DNA of 64,000 nt from Candidatus Saccharimonadota bacterium. GTDB taxonomy: Bacteria; Patescibacteriota; Saccharimonadia; Saccharimonadales; SLHW01. The notes beneath the pieces are model-generated. The model was not told the origin of the DNA and did no database searches. It saw only the letters and a program-made list of their open reading frames with translations. This document shows, one piece after another, positions 63,395 through 64,000 of the stretch (positions are counted from its first letter, which is position 1; the number at the start of each line of letters is the position of its first letter). Position numbers and translations under genes: made by a program. The stretch spans positions 307,071 to 371,070 of the forward strand of contig JBJHDA010000001.1 of assembly GCA_050486305.1 (NCBI GenBank), written 5' to 3'.

Positions 63395-64000
63395 GCTGAA
63401 TCTCCTAGCCAATTGCTAATGACATCAAGTGCTGGCTTTTCGATTAAAACTGTATCGGCATTTAGGATATCGAAAACATTGAGGTGTTGCGCACGAACAC
63501 AAGATACATTTTTTACGTTACTGACAGCTCGTAGAAGGAGATCGTTTTTATCATTGACAACCAGCAAGATGGATCCATCGAGCTTCATCTTATCGCGTAA
63601 CGAAGTAAACTCTTTCGTCCTGCCTTCTTTGACGCTTAATGACTCAATGATTTTAATAGAACCTTCTTCTAGTGCTACGCTTAGCGCTTGTCTTACTGCC
63701 TTCTTCCTGGCACTTTTATGCATCTTTTTCGTGTAACGCTCTTCACCAGATGGCCCAAAAGTGATGCCACCGCCTCGCCAAAGCGGGCTTCTAATTGAGC
63801 CTACTCTAGCGCGTCCCGTACCTTTTTGTCTCCATGGCTTTCGACCGCCGCCACGAACTTCACCTCGACGTTTTGTAGTTGCGAGATTCACACGGCCATT
63901 TGCGAGGTAAGAAACATATGCCTGCTGCAATAGATCATGCTTTTCCGGAACCTCACTAAAGACGGACTTTGGTAACGTTACTTTCGCAGTAGACTTAGCA
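63391..64000 (-). CDS. rplD: Ribosomal protein L4; 5' end lies outside the window
   Basis: GGGRKPWRQKGTGRAR motif. The reading frame stays open to nt 64000 (…AKSTAKVTLPKSVFSEVPEKHDLLQQAY…). Confidence 0.95.
   Translation of the reverse strand, partial: AKSTAKVTLPKSVFSEVPEKHDLLQQAYVSYLANGRVNLATTKRRGEVRGGGRKPWRQKGTGRARVGSIRSPLWRGGGITFGPSGEERYTKKMHKSARKKAVRQALSVALEEGSIKIIESLSVKEGRTKEFTSLRDKMKLDGSILLVVNDKNDLLLRAVSNVKNVSCVRAQHLNVFDILNADTVLIEKPALDVISNWLGDSA

Overview
The window is about 92% coding and has the gene content of a small-genome bacterium. I infer a CPR/Patescibacteria lineage, probably Saccharibacteria/TM7-like. The reasons are that L30 is absent between rpsE and rplO, adk and map are absent after secY, many housekeeping proteins carry Lys-rich extensions, and a secreted LysM-CHAP hydrolase is present. 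The genetic code is standard: TGA, TAA and TAG all terminate conserved genes, and tRNA-Trp carries anticodon CCA. I support 78 CDS and 4 tRNAs.

Main blocks, left to right:
- A PQQ sugar dehydrogenase (5' partial) and a beta-helix surface protein.
- A Y-family polymerase operon, convergent with a class A PBP.
- A membrane protein, an alpha/beta hydrolase and two GT4 genes.
- A long minus-strand operon: dnaX-dnaB-membrane-ybaB-recR-nrnA-cysS.
- rplJL with its own promoter and leader.
- A 6.5-kb block (19.9-26.4 kb) of three unknown ORFs plus a dTTP-synthesis module: a P-loop kinase, dcd and a Tmk-ThyX-ThyX fusion.
- rplA-rplK-nusG-secE.
- A membrane GT2, then an orphan histidine-kinase operon.
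- tRNA-Trp, LysM-CHAP and PspC.
- 5-FCL, an HD hydrolase, rarA and mscS.
- A GT/GH57/GH15 alpha-glucan operon.
- tRNA Thr-Tyr-Thr followed by rpmG.
- TPR-holB-rluD-trpS.
- A 29-gene ribosomal superoperon (rplD to rpsI, 64.0 to 50.2 kb, minus strand).

I see no CRISPR array, transposase, integrase, or recognisable defence or restriction system.

Candidates most worth follow-up:
- The Tmk + tandem-ThyX fusion, whose two ThyX copies have complementary degenerate active-site motifs, together with its kinase/dcd neighbours.
- A ~184-nt extended hairpin at 726-909, a 6S-like ncRNA candidate.
- A Cys-His-Asp transglutaminase-like protein operon behind an unusually elaborate 479-bp regulatory spacer.
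- Repeated loss of Cys4 zinc modules in RecR, DnaX and L36.
- A translationally coupled small ORF upstream of the Y-family polymerase.

All function calls come from reading motifs by eye. No database search was run.
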